Of a stretch of DNA of 58,981 nt, positions 9,901 to 17,852 are shown piece after piece. The notes below the pieces were generated by a model that was not told where the DNA came from, ran no database searches, and worked only from the letters and a program-made list of their open reading frames with translations. This DNA comes from a virus. Its lineage: Duplodnaviria > Caudoviricetes. Where the stretch lies: positions 1 through 58,981 of IMG/VR virus record IMGVR_UViG_3300034993_000115; one strand, 5' to 3'. Within the stretch, counting starts at the first letter, position 1, and each line of letters starts with the position of its first letter. The position numbers were made by a program, and so were the translations under genes.

Positions 9901-11883
9901 GGTGGAGCCCTGCGGGTGCTCGATGGAGATGGCCATGCCCTGGACCTTGACCAGCCCCTTGGCGTAGCGGCCGGCCTTTTGCCGCTCCGGGGTCGGGATG
10001 GGCTTCTCGTTGAGCGGGCTCGTCGCCGCTTCATGAGCGCCCTGGTCCACCGCGGCCGTGAGGTGTTCGTTGGCCGCTTCCTCAATGGGCGCTGGCAATC
10101 CTAAGGGCAGCTCATGATTCGCCGGGTTCAGCTCACGGAGTCCCTCCGCCTCTTGCGCGCGCTCCAGCTGGCGCTCACCCTGGGCTCGGGCCGTGGGTCC
10201 GGTGAGCGCTGAGACGGGGCGCTGCGCGCCGCGAAGCGGTAGCTCGCGCTCCCGCATGGCGCCACCCGCCATGGGCGGAACAGCGCGGCGCGCCTCACCC
10301 AGCTCCGGGGCGACGTTCTCCGCGACGGGGAGTAGCTCCTGCTGCGCTGACAGCTCATTGCGGAGGAGCTGCGCCTGGGCGGCGTCATGAGCCTGCGCCG
10401 TGAAAGCCTCGAAGGCGTCGATCCGTGACTGGTACTCCTGCAAGTCCTGTTCCGTCACGTGAAGCAGGTCTAGGGCTTGGACGCGGTTCTTCACGTCCTC
10501 GCGCCGCTTCGTCGTCACGGCGACATCCTGCCCAACCAGCTCGGCGTAGCCAGGAATGGCAGCGATCTTACGTGGGTCGCCCGTCGCCGTAGCCAGGGCT
10601 TGGCGCACCCCCTCTTGCCCAGGCGTGCGCTCAGGCAACGACTCAAGGTGCCGGAGGTGCTCTGCCGCCCGCGCTACGAGATCCTGCTCCTCGAGCCCGT
10701 GCTGCTCCAAGGTTTCAGCGTACTGCTGTTCACGGTATAGCGCGACCTGCTCGCTGAGCCGCGAGCGCTTGAGCTTCTCCGGCTCGGGGATGCCTAGCTC
10801 ACGCGCTTGCTTGAGCAGCTCCGGCCGCGCCAGCTCGCGCTGCGCCACGCCCTTGACCTTGCCCAGACCGGCAGCCACAGCCGTCGACGGGCCGGACGCC
10901 ACGAAGCCAGCGACCGCGGCCTGACGCGCCTCCTTGGCCAGCTGCGCCGGAGACTTCTCGGCGGCCGTGCCCTTGAGTGGCGTCGCCTCGGCGTAGGTCT
11001 GGCCGGCCTCGGTGATGCCCTCGAGCCCCGGGTCCACCAAGACGGCACCGGCCTTGCGTAACGCGCCCTTCCCACCGCGGAGTAGCGTTAGCTCGGGTAG
11101 CATCCCGAGCCCTTCCAGCGCACCGGCTGTGGCCGCACCCTTAGCCATTTTGGTGAATGGTACTTTCCCCGGGCCGAGCTTCTCGTTGGCCTCCTGGGCG
11201 ATCTGGCCATACTCCATCAGGGTGGCGGAGCCGATCTGAGCCGCGAGCGACGCGGGGAGAGATCGGCCGCGGGTCAGGTAGCCGATCGCTAGGGATTGCG
11301 CGGCGTTCAGCGTTTGCAGGCCGGCCTGCTGGCCGATGAAGGCCCCGAACTGAGTGAGGGAGTGAACGTCTTCGAGCTGCTGCGGCACGCCGGTCTTCTT
11401 TAAGTCCTGCGCGGCTGAGGTCAGGTGAGAGGTGGCGCTGAGGTCAAGTCCACGGGCAGCGCCCTCCATCCCGGCACGGGTCGCGAGGTCCGCCACACCG
11501 GCCGCATACCCACCAACGAACTGCTTGGCACCTGGCTTCACGCCGGAGGCGTAGCCGCCGCCGGCTGCTGCCGCGAGGTCCAGCGCCTCGCGCGCGGAGC
11601 GCGGCGGGCCGACCTCCGCGGCTTTGCGTCCCAGATTGGTAATGCCCTCGACCGCCGCCTTGATCATAGGAGGTGCGGCCATTCCCAGTTTCAGCCCGGT
11701 GATGGCGATGTTGAGTGGCGTTTGCTGAAGGGCGTCGCGTGCGATAGACACGGCAGTGGGCGGTAGAGGAGCTGCGGGCGGGGGAGGGGGCGCCTCCTCG
11801 GCAGTGACGCGGTCAAAATCATCGTCGGTGTATTTTCCGACGGCCGGCTCCGGGTCGAAGTCATCGTCCGTGTACTTAGCCAC
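1000..11883 (-). CDS. Giant (3627 aa) polyvalent internal virion/ejection protein with inorganic pyrophosphatase-like, zincin-like, LPD23-like and ADP-ribosyltransferase-like domains
   Basis: InPase-like HYGY..GKDGDQLDVFIG..FDEHKVMLG (~9600-10000); HPELFKNYP then HELTH (~8000-8230); FYRG..YATSDKSFAETF..GYDGF ART-like (~7020-7345); conserved phage domain YQLPGGENYRELLL/HFDEPNILAHVRF/EELQSDW; last large gene of the virion operon. Confidence 0.8.
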   Translation of the reverse strand: MAKYTDDDFDPEPAVGKYTDDDFDRVTAEEAPPPPPAAPLPPTAVSIARDALQQTPLNIAITGLKLGMAAPPMIKAAVEGITNLGRKAAEVGPPRSAREALDLAAAAGGGYASGVKPGAKQFVGGYAAGVADLATRAGMEGAARGLDLSATSHLTSAAQDLKKTGVPQQLEDVHSLTQFGAFIGQQAGLQTLNAAQSLAIGYLTRGRSLPASLAAQIGSATLMEYGQIAQEANEKLGPGKVPFTKMAKGAATAGALEGLGMLPELTLLRGGKGALRKAGAVLVDPGLEGITEAGQTYAEATPLKGTAAEKSPAQLAKEARQAAVAGFVASGPSTAVAAGLGKVKGVAQRELARPELLKQARELGIPEPEKLKRSRLSEQVALYREQQYAETLEQHGLEEQDLVARAAEHLRHLESLPERTPGQEGVRQALATATGDPRKIAAIPGYAELVGQDVAVTTKRREDVKNRVQALDLLHVTEQDLQEYQSRIDAFEAFTAQAHDAAQAQLLRNELSAQQELLPVAENVAPELGEARRAVPPMAGGAMRERELPLRGAQRPVSALTGPTARAQGERQLERAQEAEGLRELNPANHELPLGLPAPIEEAANEHLTAAVDQGAHEAATSPLNEKPIPTPERQKAGRYAKGLVKVQGMAISIEHPQGSTRYGVTKTGEEWQTELKDHYGYFDTGKGKDGDQLDVFIGPRPISHTVFVVNQVDPSTGKFDEHKVMLGYGSVAEAEAAYQRNYQEGWQGLKSVTPMSMKEFKAWKAKSRHVAEVTNDQTYQPEIPSSEPQGPAAVEAGLVPAPSRKAARPSRDVQAPAGEKAAPVVATQPAATGKVAAAPSRPEKGAPAPPVASTRRGYNGVTYPVLPEGKTKEAAEGLAVLAIAAEREGDVFRLALTDSRVKAAQAHPEVFTLEDKGKYGVDVVDVKDPSTGKSLYGQKVEQPRHALAAKPHPGGLTEATAKEIAKRHGLDRVPFQFIDDPNFRNEQKRLIQGRVLNGEVLVNLAAIPDAQRLEEVILEEGAHHMLGSEKGRALLNKFVRDRLTLAALQALQKDYPRNAEEETTEDYFQRIADEHIAQQFEGQTPQWKVLVQVVKEFLARTGLVDLSDATASQAVLRAVRHESDSLAAGRGARHALVSTKAKDYQNIKYPEFSDLASGKRVKEISDKNMMFQSVRPLSGKTFVVVADGKGANKVSPLAAISQTKHAASLRGQLGDIISHPELFKNYPWLAKLPTLIFLDHKLPAHEWFGGTAEDVSLEADMRAASGKTVRTTGVEITAGSMKAALEALRHELTHAIASDEGLPQGASRDVMAQRKELQRFGYQTDVKPEHEERLRSARAGEAYHRETGEIYARAVEKRGALSQEELGHHPFFEDLDVPVSEEITLEPPPQYVARRTGKSLQQPVLQGDVGQNGRKLPRPARHALAPRLVPEGVSAQYDHLRSSALLAGEEAQKLQAEGKGYAAKNAAIRANQLLSDARREAARARFAVAPDEGQLQLPPSAPSVEDVRRGQAVFYRGVPEGVPDVPGHVTYATSDKSFAETFHQGYAGTGKATVREVPVSGKNLWDFRDPHHLAAIAAPVEDRALLVRGDWGAVERNLELIKVAGYDGFTEVESGALNVGIFNFRKGERPGEMASTWDAESAIDNPLPPPEPPGGLTPSQRAAKRRAEEARTANARLALAPERQAKLDEVAAFQVRPIGELQAMAPEQLDRLHDYLTSREAAGTLRRGEGPVSAGRFALAKFNYAAAPKLNIDAATNDDGEFKTPKDEAAFNKLIKSHLAFAKGAKRDVSAIVQNWINLFGTTTKASQLKVLLPDGVWLGGAEDTLHDFIAGNQRHGLDDLMRAGGIRAWMTPSEASFQIGASLTAEQRHQIAKVISEQGATAIKAGNFRMFIDVIDPADKKVNGMKFLEDISREYFPASAEAALTHVDELVNAVFSGGSVARYQSLLAPYVRPWGSDEEGRFALAPEGPLETLTPEETAQRFGPLMDALLAQDRETAEQFIGELRDVSAGNLLHNVNNKITAYARRAAPDLRTAMDQARRAGELLRDLLGDQGRFALAPTYHSRLQRAVEGIKSEKISLGELTSKTLVNVDAEERKWSGFDEWVTEQRRQDKRSVTKSEVLAFLRENDVRVEEKVLTNQGSQATSLRDAARDAMAEEARADNDALREEDPSIPDVFVDPGDFSEAEVDAFLAEHGTELENEYEVSETAAKFASYQLPGGENYRELLLTLPKKESDQNTSLAQELRAAEQKKQAILGAHPTIIDRPNAAIEALNDIRDQIGAIQQHMRDENKTGEVFISSHFDEPNILAHVRFNERTDTEGKRVLFLEELQSDWAQTGRKKGFRDERATRQLSELSREELLELLQQNDRNGAYTDEATAAEDLDPMTKDDALAVFQEFQDADPTIDAGYFLRTRFSADGVPTAPFVQSTEKWAGLALRRMVRWAAEHGFERLAWTTGEQQAERYDLSKVVDDVSWSDVPRGRAVDMKLRGKLVVGVLIDAHGKIVEGVSEARGLVGRSIDEVVGKDIAAKIMAKDIGRLGVNDLKVGGEGMKGFYDLVLPKLAAKIGKPWGARVGEAKITQGPKEDPFLEVRIRSAARTAGELQVAVGDGMFYSTSVDRIQMELGYGDQPIVVSAARRILDEGGGTIIKIPNPNYQARTTTTIHALDLPPTMRESALREGVAKFALAPEDSSPASLDSDDWLTRAEGFRLPAAREAVATAPPDRTPPQRQALRTEGLLRGLAAEGSWLGGALKGVLPSALSPAHLQAAEYVGTKLGERSHTAEQRRPVLEPFWQAFTKLGVDKEGPLEENDGIQFMSALSSPASRFTVPDRLKPAATTIQRQFEQAVKRVIEVEPLAFQAEDGTYVVRERYFPGMYTKESKAAFNQAMAEHVEAAREESPDFELADLNSWSAEERAELKARVEELLASGEGRQDDAAFARAFSRRPLEGKKSFLKEKVFDDIMTAVDFGLRPFSNNPVDLVAAKLHELDQFVLGRTIRREKGQFVSSFKTAQAPSGWRVPLDPAFTVIGPPQDGRPVLGHYYVPNALADVLDNFMSPTLYQHANPFISKSYQVYMKAGARLNSSQLGVGSFFHAGFTSGESIISALAAALQDTYQAATGDLGAAELAKSWAALPVSIAVIPNLMAGGKILEAWRSETPEGKHLKDVVRAIELAGGGFELERGLMTGDTKEMQRAWHGGRPLTAAAKVPFAAIEGLANLIMQYLVPRQKAHVFAELASRIMRDHPGAALETLTPQFRQAWNRVDARLGQVRYQRLFMDNTVKSVVQGLIRAPGWTGGTIAEVGGSLKDAAGFAQELAQGRWPKVLPARIAYTVALLTATAVMNGALTKLFTGDDPEDVDFWAFRTGGFDEKGRPERFLLPTYAKDIHAYVADAKRGTPLQTLSHKVHPLITLIQTAASNKTYYGEEVRHKGDNVFQQLLDVGLHSLKEFEPFWTRGARREYQRQGDEPTTAASVAKLAAPQFGIMPAPTDYTKTRAEKLLDQVVDRSSLRPLTRKQAERRNLKAEVRRELYVRKNAEPLREAIAAGKLTMAEAREMRKTMNEPPLVHSIQQQGVTINDIFAIYQVATAKEQAEIRPVVYRRFKNALHSALPDDRQPLIDQYRAVIGE

Positions 11884-11886
11884 CCA

Positions 11887-13116
11887 CTACTCCTTCACGT
11901 CATCGTACGACGCTTTGCCGTTCGCGTCCACCGCCACGACCTGGACCCTTATCTCTTTTCCGTCTATTAATTTTACCACAATGTCCCCTACCTTGGGAAC
12001 CCCTGAAGTTCCGGCGGCAGGCGCCTCCGGTTCGTACCCCGCGTCCCTAGCGAACTTCGGATTCTTCTTGAAGATATCTTCCATGGAAGGTGGCGTACCT
12101 ACGCCAAGGTATGCCTTCGCCTCGACCTCGTATGCCTTTTCCAGCATCGACGTAGCTAGGGCGCGACGCTTCTCCGCGGCAGCTATAGCAGCCGTCTCTC
12201 GCTTGCTCTTAGCGCTCTCCGCGGCTGTCTCACCCTTGGCAGCAGCGTTCAACTCCGCCACGCCCTCGCGCCCGCTGGCAGTGATACGCGTTCGCTCTGT
12301 AGCGCCGCCCTCGCGGATCAGCTCCAAGGCAACGTTGTTCAAGTGCTTCGCCCGCTCCAGATCGCCGTTGTCCTGCGCCTCCTGCGCCTTGAGTGTCAGC
12401 GCCAAGGCAGTGCTCTGGCCGCCCCTCCGCTCCTCCGCCTCGCGATCGAGCTGCTGGGTGAGCGCCGTCATCGCCCGCCCCCCGATGCCATTCGTCCCTC
12501 GCGCGCCGAGGTTCTTGTTTGTCCAGGCCAGCTGATCCAGAGTGACGCGGTCGTTCCGCGCCTCCTCCGGCGGGCGGAAGGCACGCTCCAACCCGCGGCC
12601 CAGCAGTGCATCAAGCACCGGCTGGTTAGGTTTTCGGGAGCTGCGTAAATCAGCCAGCGCCTGCTCACGGAAAGATGTCGCAGCGTTCATGGTAAGCAGC
12701 GGGAGCGCGCCCTCGTCGATGTTCTGCCCAGCCGCGTTCACAAAACCGCGCTTCCCGGTCTTCGCGTCCACAAATGGTTGAACGCCGGTACGCTCATAGT
12801 AACCCTTCATCCCAGGGCGCAACTCAGCGTTGCTCGGTAGCTCAATGCCCTGCTCCGCCAAAGTAGGGGTGTAGCCTTTTCCCATCGGCCCGATGGTCCG
12901 TGCTGCGACGGGCGGAATAGCCCGTACATTCGTCAAGTCCCCACCCGCTCCGCGGTTCGTCAGGAGTGGGAGGGCGCCTGACGCGAGCTGATCCGGTGTC
13001 CGCGTGAGGTTGTGCGCGTCTCCGGGTGTCGGCGGCGGATCAGGCGGCGGTGGGGCAACCTCATTGAGCGGCACGTGCTGCGGGTACTTTCGGAGGTCAA
13101 AGTCCAATGCCGCCAT
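11887..13116 (-). CDS. Putative internal virion (ejection) protein
   Basis: 409-aa helical A/E/R-rich ORF directly upstream of the giant protein. Confidence 0.55.
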   Translation of the reverse strand: MAALDFDLRKYPQHVPLNEVAPPPPDPPPTPGDAHNLTRTPDQLASGALPLLTNRGAGGDLTNVRAIPPVAARTIGPMGKGYTPTLAEQGIELPSNAELRPGMKGYYERTGVQPFVDAKTGKRGFVNAAGQNIDEGALPLLTMNAATSFREQALADLRSSRKPNQPVLDALLGRGLERAFRPPEEARNDRVTLDQLAWTNKNLGARGTNGIGGRAMTALTQQLDREAEERRGGQSTALALTLKAQEAQDNGDLERAKHLNNVALELIREGGATERTRITASGREGVAELNAAAKGETAAESAKSKRETAAIAAAEKRRALATSMLEKAYEVEAKAYLGVGTPPSMEDIFKKNPKFARDAGYEPEAPAAGTSGVPKVGDIVVKLIDGKEIRVQVVAVDANGKASYDDVKE

Positions 13117-13119
13117 GAT

Positions 13120-13983
13120 CTATTTCTCCTGGTAGTCGTGGTTGTAGGACGTGCTTTCGGAAACCTGCCCCTGGAAGGACTCGCTGGCGTTCGCGTCAGC
13201 CCCCAGTGTAGCATTGACGTGTAAACCAGACATCCCCGCAGACGCAACTTGCGCGAAGACCGACGCCTTAGCAATCGCCGCTTTCACCTTGAGGTCAGCT
13301 GCACCCAGCGCGGCTTCAACCGCCACCTTAGCTGCCGCGACGGCGATGTTGCCCTCCCCCACCGCGGCTTCCACGAGACTTACTAAGTCTTGAACTACGG
13401 CCTTTAGTTTACGCTCCATCTTAGCCGCGAAGGCTTGCTGAGTAGTCTGTTCAAGTTGATTCGCGGCCATGAGCACTTGACCCTTCCCCTCCAGGTGGAG
13501 CGCTGCCATCTTGCTCAAGAAATCGCGGTTAAGGTCAGACACCTTATCCCGGCCCTCTTTGAGCACCTTAGCTCGAGCCGCGGTTGCCGCGCCGGTGGGA
13601 ATGGAGAACCCGCCGGCCGCATGGAGTTGTACTGCTTCATCCGCAGCAGAGGCCGTCAGCTCCAGCTCACGCTCGCGTGCACGGTCAAACAACCGCGCCT
13701 CGTCCCAGGCGTCCAGGCCATAGTCTCCGGTGGTAATCTCACTGACCAACCGATTGAGCACCGCCGTGTAGAGCGTGGAGGCGTACGACCCCTCAATAAA
13801 TTGAACCTTTCCGGATGTGATATTTACCGTAGGGATCGCCGGTACGACTACGCTGGCGTCAATGTCTACGCCCAGAGCTTGGCCGCTAGCATCCGAAGCA
13901 ATCTGTGAGAGTTGCTCAAAGATCGACCCCGTGCGCTCGACGATGGTAGCTTGTAGTGCTCGAACGTCGTCAGAAGTTCCCAC
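13120..13983 (-). CDS. Putative internal virion/pilot protein (Ala-rich, coiled coil)
   Basis: Probable GTG start at 13983 just after the previous stop; Ala-rich helical sequence; position in the virion operon. Confidence 0.55.
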   Translation of the reverse strand: MGTSDDVRALQATIVERTGSIFEQLSQIASDASGQALGVDIDASVVVPAIPTVNITSGKVQFIEGSYASTLYTAVLNRLVSEITTGDYGLDAWDEARLFDRARERELELTASAADEAVQLHAAGGFSIPTGAATAARAKVLKEGRDKVSDLNRDFLSKMAALHLEGKGQVLMAANQLEQTTQQAFAAKMERKLKAVVQDLVSLVEAAVGEGNIAVAAAKVAVEAALGAADLKVKAAIAKASVFAQVASAGMSGLHVNATLGADANASESFQGQVSESTSYNHDYQEK

Positions 13984-13985
13984 AC

Positions 13986-15416
13986 CTATACCCCACTTTC
14001 TCTTATAGCGACCCCTGCAACGGGGGCTGTCGGGCAAGCGAACAGGAGCCTTGGATTCAGCGACACCACCATCTCCGTCCCGCCAACGTCAATCGTCATC
14101 CGGCGCATTACGGCAGAGTGCGGGATGGACGGGTTGTAGTGCTCGGTCACCGCTCCAGTGAACGTGGCGATGTTCTTCCCGCCGTTATGCCCAACGATGC
14201 CGACCGTCGCGCCCGTCATAGCCAAGTAGCCAGGTGGTGAGTTCTTGATTGTGTAGGCGAACACGACGCAATGATCACTAAACCATTGGCTGGCGTAGTG
14301 CTTATACCGGATGAAGTTGGTGAAGGCGTTCAGGCCAGACTCAATGACATGCTCCTTAACGGTACCTTCACCGCGGCTCACCTGAACCCGTGTTGAACAC
14401 ATTGTCAGCATGCCGATTCCGCCAGTGTCACCTGGCACCAATAATATCGGGCTCAGAGGATTGCCAGACCAATACCCCAGAGTACCATCACCAGGCCACG
14501 GCTGGACAGTCCCAGCACACGAGAACGGAAGGTCCGCGTTATCACAAACACCGACAGTGCTGAAGTACCCGTGATCGAGATAACACCCAAACGCCGAATT
14601 CTGCGGGTAGTGGTGTCTGTATCGCCTATACCCACTGGCTGACCCTAAGACTGGCATTGGCCCGGTGCCGATAGAAACATTGACGTCCCAGTACGACTGC
14701 TCATGCGGTATCAGCACGTCACCGCCACCAAGCAACGCTGAACGCCATTCAATCCCGCGGCCGTATTCAGAACCAAGCCACTCCATCCATTTCACTTCAT
14801 TGAACGAATAGGCGCTACCAGAAACTTCGTACAGTAGCGGCCTGATTAGATTTGGGAAGATGCCACGCAAATCTAAGTTCTCTGGGTACAACTCGTACAG
14901 ATTTTTGCCATCCACCATCACGGGCAAAGCATCCACCCTGGCCGTGAAGTTGGGATCGGTGCATGCAGATGGCTGCTCGTAGATTTCTGCGGGGATCGTG
15001 CCGGCCGTGTCTGGGATAAACTGCCACTGCTGCAAATCCGTTGTCTTTGAGACCGCCAGGCCGATGCGCACGGGCTCTGGCGCCTCGGTGTAGTCCTCCC
15101 ACACGCCGCTCCACACGTCGAGCGCGAGGTAGTAGTCTTGCTCCTCTTTTTCCTGAGCCACTGGCTTTACCAGCCGTGGGCGTGGTACTGAGGCTGACAC
15201 GAAGTTGATCGGCCCGCGCTGCGTCCGGAGCACCGAGCCGTCACGGCCCACCAGGGTCCGATTCGCCAAAGAGTTGCGCGCGGCCTCACTCAGTATGGCG
15301 TTCCCAGGGTAGGCATCAGGGAGTGAGTCCACATAGTGCAACCACGCCTTACCACGATTCAGTAACGGCATCGCCGCCGGCCCGCTGACGGAGGTGCGGA
15401 TCGGCCTATCAGCCAT
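13986..15416 (-). CDS. Putative tail/receptor-binding protein with a lower-GC C-terminal part
   Basis: Start MADRPIR at 15416 overlaps the upstream stop; aromatic/Gly-rich beta-like C-terminus with AT-richer codons. Confidence 0.5.
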   Translation of the reverse strand: MADRPIRTSVSGPAAMPLLNRGKAWLHYVDSLPDAYPGNAILSEAARNSLANRTLVGRDGSVLRTQRGPINFVSASVPRPRLVKPVAQEKEEQDYYLALDVWSGVWEDYTEAPEPVRIGLAVSKTTDLQQWQFIPDTAGTIPAEIYEQPSACTDPNFTARVDALPVMVDGKNLYELYPENLDLRGIFPNLIRPLLYEVSGSAYSFNEVKWMEWLGSEYGRGIEWRSALLGGGDVLIPHEQSYWDVNVSIGTGPMPVLGSASGYRRYRHHYPQNSAFGCYLDHGYFSTVGVCDNADLPFSCAGTVQPWPGDGTLGYWSGNPLSPILLVPGDTGGIGMLTMCSTRVQVSRGEGTVKEHVIESGLNAFTNFIRYKHYASQWFSDHCVVFAYTIKNSPPGYLAMTGATVGIVGHNGGKNIATFTGAVTEHYNPSIPHSAVMRRMTIDVGGTEMVVSLNPRLLFACPTAPVAGVAIRESGV

Positions 15417-16254
15417 TGACCTGCCTACCGCGCCGGCGCTCAGAGACGGTAAAGAGCAGCTCCACCTCGAAGAGGTCGTGCAGCACCGCGCCATCGCGCG
15501 CTTGCAGGGTGAAGCTGTGCTCCGCGCCATCAACCCCCTTCGGGAGGTTCGCCTTGGCACCATGGGCGCGTGAGATCCCGTCATAGAGCACCACTGTCCC
15601 CGCTCGGCGCTCCGACTCCACGCTCAGGTCAAAGTTGCCCGACGAGGAGAGCCGGGTGAAGCAATCTGCGGCCCGCTTCCGGAGCCGCGAGCCGCCGTCG
15701 ATCCCAGCCTTGGCCAGCACGATGGGGATGGCCGCGCCGGCGTCCGTCGTCCCGCCTACTCGGTGCAGCCCGGTCGGCCCGGCCGCGTAGACCTGACCGT
15801 TTAGGACACAGCGCGACTGGAACTGCGTGGAGTACTCCGTCACGGTTCCGGTCAGCAGGTTGACCGCGAACGTCTGGTACGCCTGCCAGGCCGGAGCGAC
15901 CTCGGCTGCGGTGACCGCCGCGCCCTCGCCGGAGCCCGTAACGGAAACGGCTCCCTCGCCATCCGCGGCGTTGCCGTGGATGCCCTCGCCATCGCCAGAT
16001 ACCGCGATCTCGCCTTCGCCGGAACCGGCTTGGCCGGTGACGCCTGACCCTGATCCTGAGACACGAACGCCGCCGGAACCCTCGGGTGCGTCTCCGGTGA
16101 TGCCCGTCCCGCTCCCGGTGACAGCAGGGATGGGCGTAACTCCTGGGACACCGGCCGGATTGATGCCTTCGCCAGAGCCGCTGATCGAGACGGCACCCCC
16201 GCCGCTTCCTGCGTCGGCTACGCCACCCAGCAGAAGCAGAACGGAGTCTGCCAT
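15409..16254 (-). CDS. Gly-rich virion structural (tail) protein
   Basis: Repeated VSGSGEG-like motifs followed by AVNLLTGTVTEY..VYAAGPTGLH, a motif typical of phage tail-associated proteins. Confidence 0.6.
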   Translation of the reverse strand: MADSVLLLLGGVADAGSGGGAVSISGSGEGINPAGVPGVTPIPAVTGSGTGITGDAPEGSGGVRVSGSGSGVTGQAGSGEGEIAVSGDGEGIHGNAADGEGAVSVTGSGEGAAVTAAEVAPAWQAYQTFAVNLLTGTVTEYSTQFQSRCVLNGQVYAAGPTGLHRVGGTTDAGAAIPIVLAKAGIDGGSRLRKRAADCFTRLSSSGNFDLSVESERRAGTVVLYDGISRAHGAKANLPKGVDGAEHSFTLQARDGAVLHDLFEVELLFTVSERRRGRQVNG

Positions 16255-16910
16255 CAGTTCACCCTAGTTACCGACCACTGACAATCGATCGTCTCACCCG
16301 TGTTGTTCGAGATCGTGATGGTGTCTCCTCCGTCGACGAGGAAAGGGCCGGCCTGAGCGTAAGGCGTGTCCGTGAACGGGTTTGCGAAGATCCCATGGAT
16401 GGCGTAGGACCCGGCAGACGGGAGCGTCATCGCGTCCCAGTACCCGAACGTATCGCCGCCGGCGTAGGCCCAGCCGCGGTCCACCTGGAACACATACATC
16501 CCTGGTGTGGAGATGACGATGTCGTGCGTTCCGCCAAGGCCGCTCACGATGCTCGTCGTCCCTTCGACGGCCGCGCCGACATTGGCGATCTTCACGACCT
16601 TCCACGGGATATCGACTGGAGCCGTATTCCCTGTCGTCAGCGCCTTGACCACCAACTGGTGATTTACGATCAGCGCATCGGACATGAGATTCGAGAAGTC
16701 GTAAGAGCCCAGCGTCGCCGCAGTATTGGTGAACATCACCTCGCTGGCGCCGCCGCTGGTGATCTTATTGTAGAGATCAACCTTCAGTGAGCCGTCCACG
16801 CCGTTGAAGAGATCCCAGACGACGATGTAGGTCCCGGGGGCAGCGATCGTCGCCAGCGTCTGCTCGACGCCATCGACGAGCGTAGCGGTCCCGCTGGCGA
16901 CAGTTTCCAT
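16254..16910 (-). CDS. Beta-rich virion structural protein with two related halves
   Basis: Start METVASG at 16910 with SD AAGGAG; the two halves share PGTYIVVWD/PGMYVFQVD and IPWKVVKI/CQWSVTRV motifs. Confidence 0.55.
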   Translation of the reverse strand: METVASGTATLVDGVEQTLATIAAPGTYIVVWDLFNGVDGSLKVDLYNKITSGGASEVMFTNTAATLGSYDFSNLMSDALIVNHQLVVKALTTGNTAPVDIPWKVVKIANVGAAVEGTTSIVSGLGGTHDIVISTPGMYVFQVDRGWAYAGGDTFGYWDAMTLPSAGSYAIHGIFANPFTDTPYAQAGPFLVDGGDTITISNNTGETIDCQWSVTRVN

Positions 16911-16920
16911 CGTCTGCTCC

Positions 16921-17841
16921 TTACTGGGAGTTGACGGTGGGGTGGAAGTCACTGATCGTCTGTGTGGCACCGACGCCGAATGACAGGGAAGTAAAGTTGA
17001 GTTCTGCGCCGGAGGTTCCGCACGCCCCGTCAATCCGCGCATCAGTCGTCGAAGCGCCGCCGCCATCGCCCGGAGCGGCGAGGCGAAACCAGCCGGCCGT
17101 ACCACTGGCCACCCCCACGCCGGTCCAGGTCTCGCCGGAAGTCTTGGAGAGATAGCCGTCGACCGCGTCACCGAAGGTGATGCCGCTCGAGCCGTTCTTG
17201 ATCGTGACCAGCAACGTGCCTGAAGGCGCTTCGTCTGGGTCCGTGGGCTGCGATCCGCTGTAGATTTTGAACTCGCCGTAGCGCAGCGCCTGCTGGATCG
17301 ATCCGTCGATGCAAGCCATGGAGATCGTGTCGAAATCGCTGTACTCCGTCGCCGTGGCGTCCGTCGACTCCATGGTGATCCTGGTCGTCGTCGCGGTCGC
17401 GGTGAAGGAGTAGACCTTCTGCGCCCAGTCGGCGTCGGACAGAGCACCAGAGGCAAAGATGGAGTCGTTGTCGCTGGTCACGCCGATCAGCACGCGGCCA
17501 GAAGCGGCGGTCCCCTTCTTGAAGTAGAGCGATAGTTCATAGCGGTGCCCGATCTTCGTGGTGATGTCCTGGTACGCCTGGCCAGCCGCAGAACTGCCAG
17601 TCTCGGCCACGCGCATGCAGTACCCGCTCCCGCCCTGAGCCGAGCCCTCGGAAGTCAGGGTCGCCGTCACCGTGGTCCAAGAGGCCGGCGGGTCCGTGTC
17701 CGTCGTGAAGATGCCGTTGGTGGCGAGCGTCGTGTTGATACCCGCCATCGTGTTCTGCAGCCCGGTGGAGAGCCGCATCGCGGCGTCCGCCGAGGACACG
17801 AGCAGGAGGAGAACCGCCAGACTTGTCCAAAACTTCTTCAT
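16921..17841 (-). CDS. Structural protein with N-terminal Sec signal peptide and an inserted carbohydrate-binding-module-like domain
   Basis: MKKFWTSLAVLLLLVSSADA|A; phage motif MRLSTGLQN...KIYSGSQP..GTLLVTI..GTAGWFRL..RIDG interrupted by NGIF..W..AYQDITT..GHRYELS..FTAT..FDTISM (CBM4_9-like). Confidence 0.65.
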   Translation of the reverse strand: MKKFWTSLAVLLLLVSSADAAMRLSTGLQNTMAGINTTLATNGIFTTDTDPPASWTTVTATLTSEGSAQGGSGYCMRVAETGSSAAGQAYQDITTKIGHRYELSLYFKKGTAASGRVLIGVTSDNDSIFASGALSDADWAQKVYSFTATATTTRITMESTDATATEYSDFDTISMACIDGSIQQALRYGEFKIYSGSQPTDPDEAPSGTLLVTIKNGSSGITFGDAVDGYLSKTSGETWTGVGVASGTAGWFRLAAPGDGGGASTTDARIDGACGTSGAELNFTSLSFGVGATQTISDFHPTVNSQ

Positions 17842-17852
17842 CTCTTCTCTCC

